Source: Arcobacteraceae bacterium (GTDB lineage: Bacteria > Campylobacterota > Campylobacteria > Campylobacterales > Arcobacteraceae). From it: a stretch of DNA of 64,000 nucleotides. A program made the translations under genes and the position numbers. The notes under the pieces are model-generated. The model was not told where the DNA came from, searched no databases, and was given only the letters and a program-made list of their open reading frames with translations. Positions 43,615 through 53,734 of the stretch are shown here, piece by piece. The stretch is from the NCBI GenBank assembly GCA_963662945.1, contig OY759974.1:1088001-1152000 (forward strand), in the 5' to 3' direction. Within the stretch, counting starts at the first letter, position 1. Each line of letters begins with the position of its first letter.

Positions 43615-43690
43615 AATATGATCCTTTAAATTATATTTCCCTTGCTAGAGATACTAAAATTATAAAACAAAATTTTATAGTCAATTCATT

Positions 43691-44731
43691 CTAATAGTGC
43701 CACTTTACATTTTTAGTCATATAATCAATCATTTTCTTTTGTAAATCTTTTTCTATATCAAAATCATTTAGGTCTTTACAAAAAGGAATACAATATTTAC
43801 CTAAGATATTTAAATCAAAATCTTTTTCATCTAATTCACAAAACATCTTCTCAAAATCGATACAGTAATTTGATTTTAAAACTTCAAGATCTTCTTTCTT
43901 ATTGTATTTTAATTTCTGCTGGATAATGGCTTTATAATTGTTAAGTTTTTCAAAAAATTGTCCTTCTTCTTTATCATCAATATTATATTCTCTTTTAATA
44001 TACAATAGTGCTCTTAGAATCAACATCAAAATTAATTGTGCTCTTTGTTCGTTTTTTTTGATATTTGAAAACAAGGTAACATTAATTACTAAAACTTTTA
44101 AAAACCCTGGTAACTCTCCATTCATCCATTTTGAGACATCATTAATAAATACTTTTTCTGATTGAATATCTTTTATATCTGAGTTATAATTTTCAGCCAT
44201 AGCCTCTGTTAGTTTAATAAAAATCTCATGAAAATCATGTGCAATTCCATTTTGAGTCTTATTGCTTTTTTGTATATAGTAATCAAGATATGGCTTGAAG
44301 CTTTTTTCCCTTAAAGCATCTTCAAAAATAGAAATATCAATATTTAGTTTTTTTATTTTTTCTATAATAAAAGCAATTTGAAAAGAAAATAATTTAATTT
44401 TTTTGTTATTATCATTAATACCATATATATCTAAGAATCTAAGTGTAAATGAAATATTATTTAGTTCCTTGATTAATTCTATACTTTCATCATTATCAAC
44501 TTTATAAAACAAGTTATTAAATAACAAATAAAACTCATTTGGTTCTTTGTATAAAGTTTCTAAAAATGCATCTATTCTCATATTAGTATTATTTTTAAAC
44601 TTATGGAACTTTTTTTTGGCAGGCTCTGTAAAACTATTTTTTATCCGAAAAACATCTTCCCATATATAAACTCTTTGATTAACTCCCCAAGTTTTCCAAA
44701 ATAATGCATTAAAATCTTTTATCATAATCAA
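43691..44731 (-). CDS. Hypothetical protein (possible HTH-like segment VSKWMNGELP)
   Basis: 346-aa ORF, no recognised family. Confidence 0.55.
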   Translation of the reverse strand: MIMIKDFNALFWKTWGVNQRVYIWEDVFRIKNSFTEPAKKKFHKFKNNTNMRIDAFLETLYKEPNEFYLLFNNLFYKVDNDESIELIKELNNISFTLRFLDIYGINDNNKKIKLFSFQIAFIIEKIKKLNIDISIFEDALREKSFKPYLDYYIQKSNKTQNGIAHDFHEIFIKLTEAMAENYNSDIKDIQSEKVFINDVSKWMNGELPGFLKVLVINVTLFSNIKKNEQRAQLILMLILRALLYIKREYNIDDKEEGQFFEKLNNYKAIIQQKLKYNKKEDLEVLKSNYCIDFEKMFCELDEKDFDLNILGKYCIPFCKDLNDFDIEKDLQKKMIDYMTKNVKWHY

Positions 44732-44807
44732 TATCCAAAATTTTATCTTTCATATTTAATAAAATCAATATCGATTATCAAACTTCTCTACTTCTTCCTA
44801 CTCTTCA

Positions 44808-44935
44808 TGTGATATACAATAAAGTTTGATAACAAAAGAAAGATTTTCAGTCCTTTTATTTCAAATTAAATCAATAGTTATATAGTAAATTTTCTGTAAA
44901 CAAACTAAAAATATATTTAATAAAGTTTGATAATA
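44808..44935 (+). repeat. Second, internal transposon end (left-type)
   Basis: TGTGATATACAATAAAGTTTGATAAC at 44808; further site at 44919, spacing similar to the outer end. Confidence 0.85.
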
Positions 44936-44948
44936 AACTAACTATATG

Positions 44949-45806
44949 CTATATTGATATAACTTTTAAATTGCCTTTTTGTGTAAAAAATATCTCATTA
45001 TAATAAGTTGTTAAATTACTTACTCTATCTTTAGTAATTTGACTAAATACTTTATTTTTAATATTAAATTTATACAACCCATTTCTAGCTTGAATAATAT
45101 AATATGATTTATCAAAACTTATTACTAATTTAATAGTATTTGGAACATCATTCTCAGGTAGTACATAGCGGCTTGTATCTCCATTTTTAATATTAACTAA
45201 TAATAAGCCAAAGTCATAATCTATTATTGCTAATTGATTGCTTTTGTGATCATAGTAAATATCTTGAGGATTGTTAATTTCTAATTTATGTAATGTTTTA
45301 TAAACAAATTGTGACTTTTTATTTTTATAATCAATTCTATAAACTCCTGAATTTAAAATTGAAAGAAAAATGACTCCGTCATGTGCAACAATAGATGTAA
45401 TAGGTATAGTTTGATCTTGATTATTGAATATATCTAAATATATATCATCAATAAAACTATCATTTCTTAAGTTTATTCCAATTAATCCTCTTGTATTAGA
45501 AATAATAAATAGTACTTGCAGTATAGGATCGATAGTAATAACTTGTGCATCATTTATACTTTTTACTTTCTCTGTATAATTACTATAATATTTGTATAAC
45601 CCATCTCTAGTTAGTATGTAAAACCTATTTCCATATGCTTTAATATCTAAAATTATTGTATTATTCAAATTAAAGTTTGGTTCAAATATTAAATTTTCAT
45701 ACTTTTTATATTTTGTCTTAATATAGTCTTTGGTTATCTCTCCATTTAAATAACTTTTAAATAAATATGATTTATAAATAAATAAGGAAGTGATAATATT
45801 ACTCAT
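44949..45806 (-). CDS. Hypothetical protein, beta-propeller-like repeats
   Basis: Recurring blade-like motifs (LTRDGLY, SNTRGLI, ILNSGVY, DYDFGLL, QARNGLY). Confidence 0.55.
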   Translation of the reverse strand: MSNIITSLFIYKSYLFKSYLNGEITKDYIKTKYKKYENLIFEPNFNLNNTIILDIKAYGNRFYILTRDGLYKYYSNYTEKVKSINDAQVITIDPILQVLFIISNTRGLIGINLRNDSFIDDIYLDIFNNQDQTIPITSIVAHDGVIFLSILNSGVYRIDYKNKKSQFVYKTLHKLEINNPQDIYYDHKSNQLAIIDYDFGLLLVNIKNGDTSRYVLPENDVPNTIKLVISFDKSYYIIQARNGLYKFNIKNKVFSQITKDRVSNLTTYYNEIFFTQKGNLKVISI

Positions 45807-46240
45807 AATAACTTGCCTTCTATTAAGGTAGCAATTTCATCTTCAGATAAAATATCATTTGTACACCAAAACTCAAGTAGACTATTACCAATATCGTATT
45901 TTTTATTTTTTTCTTTAAAAGGAAAGACTGGATACCCATGCCAATCATCAGATTGAGGATTTTGTACTGCAGGAAAATAGCCAAACTGTTGTTTTTTTGT
46001 ACCAACTTTAATAATATCATTATCTTGCCTAATAAATCCCCACATATGCCCATTACAATCAATCCATTCTATACGTTGAGAATTTACCATTGTTCCAACT
46101 TCTGAAGTATCAAAAGTTTCAACTTCTAAAACTCTAGAAATCCATAGAGAATGCTTCTTATTTATACTGCTATAATGATGTTTTCCTCTGGATAGGTAAC
46201 TTTTAATACCTAATTTTGTAGGAAGTCTAATATCTCCCAT
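45803..46240 (-). CDS. Hypothetical protein with a WHGYP motif
   Basis: 145 aa, GAGGA RBS, 4-nt overlap with the downstream gene. Confidence 0.6.
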   Translation of the reverse strand: MGDIRLPTKLGIKSYLSRGKHHYSSINKKHSLWISRVLEVETFDTSEVGTMVNSQRIEWIDCNGHMWGFIRQDNDIIKVGTKKQQFGYFPAVQNPQSDDWHGYPVFPFKEKNKKYDIGNSLLEFWCTNDILSEDEIATLIEGKLL

Positions 46241-46251
46241 TTAATTCCTCA

Positions 46252-47001
46252 TTAGTTGATTGATTCAATATCTATCCATTCACCATAGTAATTGTCCGAG
46301 TACCAGTAAATTCTATCTCCTGTATCATATTTATTTCTATCATTTTCAAACTCTTGCTTTAAAGACTCAAAAATTGTAAATTTTAAAGTTTTAATTAAAT
46401 CTACTTTTTTATTATCAGTCTTAATATGAAGTTCTAAGGAGTAATTTCCATCTTTCCAATTAAAATGTTTTTCAAACAATTCTTCAAATGCCACAATAAA
46501 TGACTTATTTGCCCTTACTATTTCACCTTTTTCAGTTTCTTTTTTAATTCTTTCAATTTCATTTTTTAAGTTTCTTTCATTCTCTTTGTATTTTTTAACA
46601 TCATCTCTTGAAAAAAAATTTAAAAATCTTGCTCCATGGTGCCACTCCTCATTTGGATCAAGAGATACTTTCTTAAATGGAAAATAATAACTATCATTAA
46701 ATTTTTCTAAATAATTTTTTAAAGGCAATTTCATTATTTTTTCACCGTCTCTATAAACATCAATAAATATTTGATTTATGGATAAAGACGAACCACCAAT
46801 ATTTTTTATTATCAAATTTATTTGTATTATAGGATTACCAACATGATGTGTAATCCAAATTGAATCGTAAATATCAACTTCTAATTTTGCTTTTTTAAAG
46901 AAACGCCTAAGATAAGGAAGTGCACTTATTATCAGTGCTATAAAAGCAATAACCACACTCCAAAATTCTGGACGTGTGTAAAATGAAATATTATTATCCA
47001 T
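46252..47001 (-). CDS. Hypothetical protein with a single N-terminal TM helix
   Basis: FWSVVIAFIALIISALP followed by a beta-rich soluble domain. Confidence 0.6.
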   Translation of the reverse strand: MDNNISFYTRPEFWSVVIAFIALIISALPYLRRFFKKAKLEVDIYDSIWITHHVGNPIIQINLIIKNIGGSSLSINQIFIDVYRDGEKIMKLPLKNYLEKFNDSYYFPFKKVSLDPNEEWHHGARFLNFFSRDDVKKYKENERNLKNEIERIKKETEKGEIVRANKSFIVAFEELFEKHFNWKDGNYSLELHIKTDNKKVDLIKTLKFTIFESLKQEFENDRNKYDTGDRIYWYSDNYYGEWIDIESIN

Positions 47002-47227
47002 TAGATATTTCCTAGTAGTAGTATAGTTAACATTTTAACATAGTATACTTATATTAAATAATAAAACTAAAATGTAATTTAATAAAATTTTTGTGTAGTA
47101 AAAATACCATTATTCTTTTTATTATTTAAAGTATATACTAAGTATGTGCAATTATTTTATTTTATAATATTGAAGTTTAATATTATTTTGTATACTCCTA
47201 GATACTCTTTGTAACTTATATTTACTA

Positions 47228-48973
47228 TTAAATATCTAGTATTTCAAGAATTTTACTTTCTAACCAATTTTTTCTATTTTCTATAGAAGTAGCATTCCAC
47301 TCCATAGGATAATCAGCAATAACTTTTTTAGTCATATCAAATGCTGTTACACCTGTATCATCTTCAGAATATTTACCTTTTCCTTTATAAATATTGATTT
47401 TTATATTATAAGGATTATTACTTGCAGAAATATTTTTTGAGCCACTCAATAGCGTTAAATTACCTAAACTATGTAAATATCTATTTACTTCATCTATAGT
47501 AAATTTATTTTTCCAATCATCAAATTCATTCCAACCAATTGGTAAAATGTGTTCTGTATGAATTGTATTATCTAAGTGAATGTACGCTAATTTTGCATCA
47601 TCTGTTATCCTATATTCTATTATTGTTAATAAAGGCTTTATCCATGCTGTATGATAAACATCATTACTATTAATCACTTCTTTAACTTGTTTTACAATAT
47701 TATCTTTTTCAAGTTTATTATTTAAACTAGTAGTTATATAGTTTATATGCTTTTTATCTTTTATCCATGAAATCATGTTAAATGAAATTTGTTTAATATG
47801 AGATAGTGTTTTTCCTGACATCCAATTTAAATAATAAAATCTTCTAAGAGAAATTTGTAACTCATCATAATATTCATAGTTTGTATGTAAAGCTGTAAGT
47901 AAAATACTCTTCCAGTATACTGTCCATCTTAAATACCAAAAGGAATAAAGTATTTTATCTTCCTTGTCCCAAATCTGATTTTTATAGGCATTAACAAACT
48001 CTGAAAAATCTTTTATGGTTTCATTTGGATCTTGTTGTTCAAAAATATCTTGCAATTCATCAGAAAGTGATTTTTTTGGATTTCTAGCAATTAAATAGTA
48101 AAGGTATAATGTAAACATATCGTTCATACTATCATATGTACCAGTTAATAAATTTTCTAAACGTCTCCATTCCGCAATAAACTCGTTTTCATCTTCTATC
48201 CTCGCTTCAAAATTTTCACCCTCATCAACATATTTTTTTTCTATTTGTTCTAATAAAAAGCTTTTTACTAAATCTGATGCAGTAAGGTCCATTCCCCTAT
48301 CATTTAAGACTTGAAATAGTTTTATTGCAAAACTTCTATCTTCACAATCTATTCTAATTATTGACACTTTATTAAATAAATATTCAATTAAATCTCCTGC
48401 TTTATCTTCACCAATCTCTTCAAGTTTACTTCTTAATATATAGGCACTATTTTGAAATTTCAACTTTGGTTGTTCATCATCCTTAAGTTGATACTTATAA
48501 GGTTTTTGATGCTTTAAAGTTGATCCCTCATTTATAATATTTTGTTTAAAGTCTGCAGAATGTTGGGGATCAGTAAGTAAAGTTAGTCTTTGATCACCAA
48601 AATTAAATATAGCACTGTTAATATGGTTTGTATTAATAGAATTTTTATTGTTATTAATATTAGGATATAAATCTCTTAATACACATAACAATATCATTAA
48701 AGTTGTTAACCTTTGTTGTCCATCAACAATATCAAATCTATTTGAACCCGCTTGCGGAGCTGCAGTAATTATTGAACCTAAAAAATAGTTTTTTGATTCA
48801 TTCTCAAATGATTCAAAAATATCATCCCATAACTGTTCAATTTGTTCATCTAGCCACTTATATGGTCTTTGATATTTAGGTATTCTATAAATAGAATCTG
48901 TATCCATAAAAAGTTGCTTTATTGTTCTTGATCTTGGTGTAAATAGTTCCAAATTATCCCTTTCATTAATCAC
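47228..48973 (-). CDS. DUF262-DUF1524 (GmrSD-like, type IV restriction) protein
   Basis: IPKYQRPYKW, IVDGQQRLTT and FQVLNDRG; C-terminal HNH-type EHILP and LGNLTLL...N. Confidence 0.88.
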   Translation of the reverse strand: MINERDNLELFTPRSRTIKQLFMDTDSIYRIPKYQRPYKWLDEQIEQLWDDIFESFENESKNYFLGSIITAAPQAGSNRFDIVDGQQRLTTLMILLCVLRDLYPNINNNKNSINTNHINSAIFNFGDQRLTLLTDPQHSADFKQNIINEGSTLKHQKPYKYQLKDDEQPKLKFQNSAYILRSKLEEIGEDKAGDLIEYLFNKVSIIRIDCEDRSFAIKLFQVLNDRGMDLTASDLVKSFLLEQIEKKYVDEGENFEARIEDENEFIAEWRRLENLLTGTYDSMNDMFTLYLYYLIARNPKKSLSDELQDIFEQQDPNETIKDFSEFVNAYKNQIWDKEDKILYSFWYLRWTVYWKSILLTALHTNYEYYDELQISLRRFYYLNWMSGKTLSHIKQISFNMISWIKDKKHINYITTSLNNKLEKDNIVKQVKEVINSNDVYHTAWIKPLLTIIEYRITDDAKLAYIHLDNTIHTEHILPIGWNEFDDWKNKFTIDEVNRYLHSLGNLTLLSGSKNISASNNPYNIKINIYKGKGKYSEDDTGVTAFDMTKKVIADYPMEWNATSIENRKNWLESKILEILDI

Positions 48974-49101
48974 AAATTATATATAAAAGTTATTTTATCT
49001 TAATAGTTGTAAGTAAAATGTTAAATAATTAAACTTCTAACTACCCTAAAAATTCATAAATTATGATATACTACTAAAATATGATAATAGGGAGAAATAA
49101 A

Positions 49102-49773
49102 ATGAGTAATAGTCATATTACTTTTCCACAAAGAAAAATCAAAAAAAGCTACCGTTCTGTTACTGGACACTTCCCTAGTATTAAAAACAATAAATCAATA
49201 GCATTTGAATCAAAACTAGAAAGTGAATTTTTTTTAACTCTTGAATTTGATGATAATGTAGCCACTTATCAAGAACAACCACAAATTGAAATTATTTTAG
49301 ATAATAAAACAACAACTTATAGTGCAGATTGTTATATACAAAGACCAAAGGGCTCTTTAAATCGTGATGCTCTTGTAGAAGTTAAATATACTACTGAATT
49401 GGAAAAAGAAAAAGAATATTTTGATAAGAAATTTAAAGCTATTGAAGCTTCTACTGAAGAACTTGATTTAGACTTTATAATTTATACAGAACTTCAATAT
49501 CCTCTAGAATATATTACAAATCTTAAATTTTTATATCGATATAGAACTCAACAAAGAGAAATGAGATATGATGAGATTATTAATGAACTATTACAAGATA
49601 AAAAATTATCTGCACATGAGTTAGCAGAAACTATCTCAAAAAATAAAGCGGAATATATTATTGTAGCAAATGCAATTTGGGGCTTAGTTGCAAATAATAT
49701 ACTCACAACTGATTTAAAATCATCTGAGATTAACATGAAATCTATACTGGAGAAAAATAATGGCTGTTGTTAA
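49102..49773 (+). CDS. tnsA: Transposon endonuclease TnsA
   Basis: FESKLE, YQEQP, YSAD and LVEVK (PD-D/ExK). Start placed at the ATG after GGAGA. Confidence 0.9.
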   Translation: MSNSHITFPQRKIKKSYRSVTGHFPSIKNNKSIAFESKLESEFFLTLEFDDNVATYQEQPQIEIILDNKTTTYSADCYIQRPKGSLNRDALVEVKYTTELEKEKEYFDKKFKAIEASTEELDLDFIIYTELQYPLEYITNLKFLYRYRTQQREMRYDEIINELLQDKKLSAHELAETISKNKAEYIIVANAIWGLVANNILTTDLKSSEINMKSILEKNNGCC

Positions 49774-51667
49774 ACTAACTCTAAATTCAACTATTGTTTT
49801 TGAAGGTGTAAAATATCTCATCAAAGGTTATGCTTCCCTTGATGAAGTTCTTGTAAAACAAATAGATCCACCTCATAAGGAAAAGATTTTAAAAGTTAGT
49901 GATATTATTAAAGAACCTCAAAACTCAACAGATAACATTCAAAGAGAACTTGTGGATACCAATGACAAAGAGTTTCAAAAAGCACTAGAGAGATACAAGG
50001 TAATAGAATCTTTAGTTGATATGCCAAGTAGAAACTCCAAAGAGGTACAAAAAGTTGCTAAAAAATATAAAAAAGGTGTAGCTACTGTTTATCGTTGGTT
50101 AAGTACTTTTGAAAAATTTGGTACTATTAGCTCATTGGTAGCTTCTTATAACAACTGTGGAGGTAAAGGGAAAAGTCGTCTCAATGAATCTGTAGATGCA
50201 GTTATAGACTCGGTACTTGAAGAACTATATCTCAATAAACAAAAATATGCTTTTCTAACAGTTTATAGAAAAATAGAGCAGCTATGTAAAAATCTTGAAT
50301 TAGAAGTTCCAAACAAAAACACGGTAAGAAGTAGAATCAAAGCACTAGACCCAAAACTTATCACTAAATATAGACATGGTGAAAAGATAAGAGATACAAG
50401 AGGAACACCTGGAAAGTTTCCAGAAGTAAAAATGCCCCTTGACGTTATACAAATAGATCATACTAAAGTTGATGTAATACTTGTTGACGAAGAGACAAGA
50501 GAAGAGATAGGAAGACCATTTATTACAGTTGCTATTGATGTATTTAGTAGAATGATATATGGTTTTTATATCTCTTATGAAGCTCCAAGTTTTTTTAGTG
50601 TTGGACAATGTCTTTTACATGCCATCTTACCCAAAGATGAAATATTAAAAAAATACAATGTAACTGGAGAATGGCCAGTTTTTGGTCTACCCCAAGCAGT
50701 CCATATGGATAATGGAAAAGATTTTCAATCAGTGAGTCTAAAAAAGTTTTGTCAAGAATATAGAATATCTGATATTTATAGACCCGTTGCTCGCCCAGAA
50801 TTTGGTGGAAAAATCGAGAGGGTGATAAGAACAGCAATGGAAAAAGTTCACGAATTACCAGGTTCAACATCTTCTAATATTCAGGACAAAGGAACCTATG
50901 ATTCTCAAAAAATGGCTACTATGACTATCAATGAATTAGAACAATGGTATACGGACTTTGTAGTAAATATTTATCATAAAACAATACATAGTAGCCTTGG
51001 TGTGACCCCTGAAGAAAAATTCTATGAGGGTATGTATGGAGTTAGTGGTGACTCTATACCTTTTTTACCACAAGTTCCTGCAGATACTATTAAACTAAAA
51101 ATGTCACTTCTTCCAGCTTTTGAAAGAACTGTACAAAAAAATGGAATCACAATAGACTATATAACCTATTTTTCCGAAACACTTAGAAAATGGATAGTAC
51201 CAGCAGCCTATAAAAAACTCAATAAGACTTCAAATACAATAACTTGCAGAAGAGACCCAAGAGATATTAGTAAACTTTATGTATATGACCCAGATATAAA
51301 TGATTATATAATTGTACCCTATGCTAATATTAAAAAGCCAGCTATGAACCTTACAGAGCTAAGAAGAGCTATTTCTGAAGCTAAGAAAACAGTAACAGGA
51401 AGAGAACTAGAATCATATGATATCTATGAAGCTTATGACAGACTTCACCAATATGTAGAAAATTCAAAAAGAGAAAAGAAGTCTGCAAGAAGACAAGCTA
51501 GTTCAAAAAAGCATTTAAAAAAGAATATTGAATACGAAAAACAAATCTTACAAGATGGTAATGGTCTTAAACAAGATGAGAAATCACTCCAAAACTCAAC
51601 AACTCATATCCAGAATACTTTTCAAGAAGAAGAGGATGATGGCTATGAATATTATCCAATTGGTTAG
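49760..51667 (+). CDS. tnsB: DDE transposase TnsB/TniA (Mu-like)
   Basis: HTH ATVYRW; QIDHT, GRP..T.AIDVFSR, DNGKDF, GKIER, RDPRDIS; acidic C-terminal tail. Confidence 0.93.
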   Translation: MAVVKLTLNSTIVFEGVKYLIKGYASLDEVLVKQIDPPHKEKILKVSDIIKEPQNSTDNIQRELVDTNDKEFQKALERYKVIESLVDMPSRNSKEVQKVAKKYKKGVATVYRWLSTFEKFGTISSLVASYNNCGGKGKSRLNESVDAVIDSVLEELYLNKQKYAFLTVYRKIEQLCKNLELEVPNKNTVRSRIKALDPKLITKYRHGEKIRDTRGTPGKFPEVKMPLDVIQIDHTKVDVILVDEETREEIGRPFITVAIDVFSRMIYGFYISYEAPSFFSVGQCLLHAILPKDEILKKYNVTGEWPVFGLPQAVHMDNGKDFQSVSLKKFCQEYRISDIYRPVARPEFGGKIERVIRTAMEKVHELPGSTSSNIQDKGTYDSQKMATMTINELEQWYTDFVVNIYHKTIHSSLGVTPEEKFYEGMYGVSGDSIPFLPQVPADTIKLKMSLLPAFERTVQKNGITIDYITYFSETLRKWIVPAAYKKLNKTSNTITCRRDPRDISKLYVYDPDINDYIIVPYANIKKPAMNLTELRRAISEAKKTVTGRELESYDIYEAYDRLHQYVENSKREKKSARRQASSKKHLKKNIEYEKQILQDGNGLKQDEKSLQNSTTHIQNTFQEEEDDGYEYYPIG

Positions 51668-51679
51668 GTTAGGTAAAAA

Positions 51680-52549
51680 ATGAATAATAGAATCTTAATT
51701 AAAGAAGCTGAAGAATATTTAACTAAAAGTGACGAAGAGAGAATTCTCTATTGTAAAAAAGATCATTGGATAGGATATGGAGCAGCTGTAAAATTGTTAG
51801 AACTTCTAGAAGATAAATTTGAAGACCCTCCACAAATGAGACATGAAGGGTTATTAATATATGGAGATCCTAATAATGGGAAAACTGCAATATTGAAAAA
51901 AATGTACAATTTACATAAAACCAATTTAGACTATGTAAATAAAGAAAATGAGATTGTCTATGAGATACCAATTATCTATTTTCAAGCACCTACAATTCCT
52001 GATGAGAGTAGATTGTATAGTTTAATACTCAATGAACTTTTGGTACCACACAAGCATACTGAAAAGATAGTAGAAAAAGCAAAATTATGTGAACACTATC
52101 TTAGAAAACTAGGTACTAAAATGATTTTAATTGATGAAATTCATAGTGCTCTAACAGGAAATCTCAATAAACAAAGAACTTTTATAGATGATTTAAAACA
52201 ACTAAGCAATAGACTTTCTCTAACGATTATCTTAGCAGGAACGAGAGAAGCACACTCAGCACTTTCTATTGGGAGTGAAACGAATACTAGATTTCCTTCT
52301 CTTGAACTTCCACGCTGGAACAATGATAGAAAGTTTAGATCTTTTGTAGCTACTTATGAAAGATGTTTACCACTTAAACTCGCTTCAAATCTGGCTGACA
52401 ATCCAGAGATTATGAATGCTTTATTTTATCAATCAGAGGGTTTAATAGGTAAGACTGTAAATCTTTTGAAAAAAGCAGCTGTAAAAGCAATCAAATCAAA
52501 AAGAGAATATATCATAGCTAGTGATATAGAGTACTTACCAAAACTCTGA
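51680..52549 (+). CDS. tnsC: AAA+ regulator TnsC/TniB
   Basis: WIGY, GDPNNGKT (Walker A), ILIDEIH (Walker B) and SEGLIG. Confidence 0.92.
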   Translation: MNNRILIKEAEEYLTKSDEERILYCKKDHWIGYGAAVKLLELLEDKFEDPPQMRHEGLLIYGDPNNGKTAILKKMYNLHKTNLDYVNKENEIVYEIPIIYFQAPTIPDESRLYSLILNELLVPHKHTEKIVEKAKLCEHYLRKLGTKMILIDEIHSALTGNLNKQRTFIDDLKQLSNRLSLTIILAGTREAHSALSIGSETNTRFPSLELPRWNNDRKFRSFVATYERCLPLKLASNLADNPEIMNALFYQSEGLIGKTVNLLKKAAVKAIKSKREYIIASDIEYLPKL

Positions 52550-52551
52550 TT

Positions 52552-53733
52552 ATGGCACAGTCAAAGAGAAATCAGGATTGGGTTCAAGACTATTTCTTTT
52601 TGATTATTCCAAAACTTCTACCAGATGAGTTATTAAGTTCATGGCTTACAAGATTAGCAATTGAACATAGATATAAACTTTCTGACTTTCTATCTTTATT
52701 TGTTAGAAAACAAGGACATAAAATCTGTAATATAGATATAGATTTTCAGTACAATGAAAAATTATTTCTAACCTTAGCTTTAAAAAGCAATATACCTATA
52801 AAAGATATTTGGAAACTGTCCCTTAGTAGTGAAGAGGGATATCTCTATTCCTGTAATGATTGCCTCTATCCTCCTAAACAAATAAGAAAATTAAAAGACA
52901 AAAGAACACACTATGGACTGATGTTTTGTCCAAAATGTTTAGCTGAAGATAAAATACCTTATTTTAGAAAAAAATGGAGATACTATTTTTATAATGCTTG
53001 TCCTAAACATAATATTTTTTTAACAGATAGATGTTGGTGCTGCTATGAAAGAATTTGTCTTCCTAAAATATCACATATGAAAGGTTTATCATATTGCAGT
53101 AGATGTGAAAAAGATTTAAGTACTACTATAGCAATACCTTTACAAAGTAATTATCAATATGCTTTAAAGGCTATACGATGGTTTGAAAAAGGTTTAAAAA
53201 AAGGCTATTTTATCATCAATCATCAAAAAGTAGCTTCTCTATTTGTCTTTGAAAGCTTCACAAATCTTTGCTTTTTACTTGATAGAAAAGAAAATTTAGT
53301 TTTAGATAACTTTCCAATGATTCAAGAATACGAAACAATATGTAAAAAACTTGCAAAATATGATTCTAAAAAAGCAACTTCTATACAAAAAGATTTTATC
53401 TTAACAGCAATGGTATATTTTTTATTTCAAAACTATCCAAAAAATATTCTAAGTTTTGCAGAAACTAACCATCTAACACATAGAGAATTTGTACATGGTT
53501 TTATAGATATCCCATATTGGTACAAAAATATAATTGACGAACTACTACCAGCACAAAATAAAATTGGTAGAGAGATAAGTGAAAGTGAAGTTAGAGCAGC
53601 TATAAAATATTTACAGAAACAGAATACTAAAGTAACACAGGAGGCAGTTGCAAACATTGTTGGCTGTCATTTTAGTATTCATAAGGGATTTGTGAAAATT
53701 TATAAAGATGCAAAAAAGTATTTGACCTTATAA
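52552..53733 (+). CDS. tniQ: TniQ/TnsD-family target selector
   Basis: PDELLSSWLTRLA, FCPKCL, W...CPKH...L.DRC, CSRC; C-terminal HTH-like TQEAVANIVG. Confidence 0.9.
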   Translation: MAQSKRNQDWVQDYFFLIIPKLLPDELLSSWLTRLAIEHRYKLSDFLSLFVRKQGHKICNIDIDFQYNEKLFLTLALKSNIPIKDIWKLSLSSEEGYLYSCNDCLYPPKQIRKLKDKRTHYGLMFCPKCLAEDKIPYFRKKWRYYFYNACPKHNIFLTDRCWCCYERICLPKISHMKGLSYCSRCEKDLSTTIAIPLQSNYQYALKAIRWFEKGLKKGYFIINHQKVASLFVFESFTNLCFLLDRKENLVLDNFPMIQEYETICKKLAKYDSKKATSIQKDFILTAMVYFLFQNYPKNILSFAETNHLTHREFVHGFIDIPYWYKNIIDELLPAQNKIGREISESEVRAAIKYLQKQNTKVTQEAVANIVGCHFSIHKGFVKIYKDAKKYLTL

Positions 53734-53734
53734 A

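Noticed and set aside
44803-44807. CTTCA as the target-site duplication of the most recent insertion
   Set aside because: One mismatch to the right flank TTTCA, whereas 43148-43152 matches perfectly. Treated as a relic.
47002-47227. Possible ncRNA or mini-array in the AT-rich intergenic gap
   Set aside because: Only short AT palindromes (AGTATACT, AGTATATACT); no regular repeats or stable stem seen.
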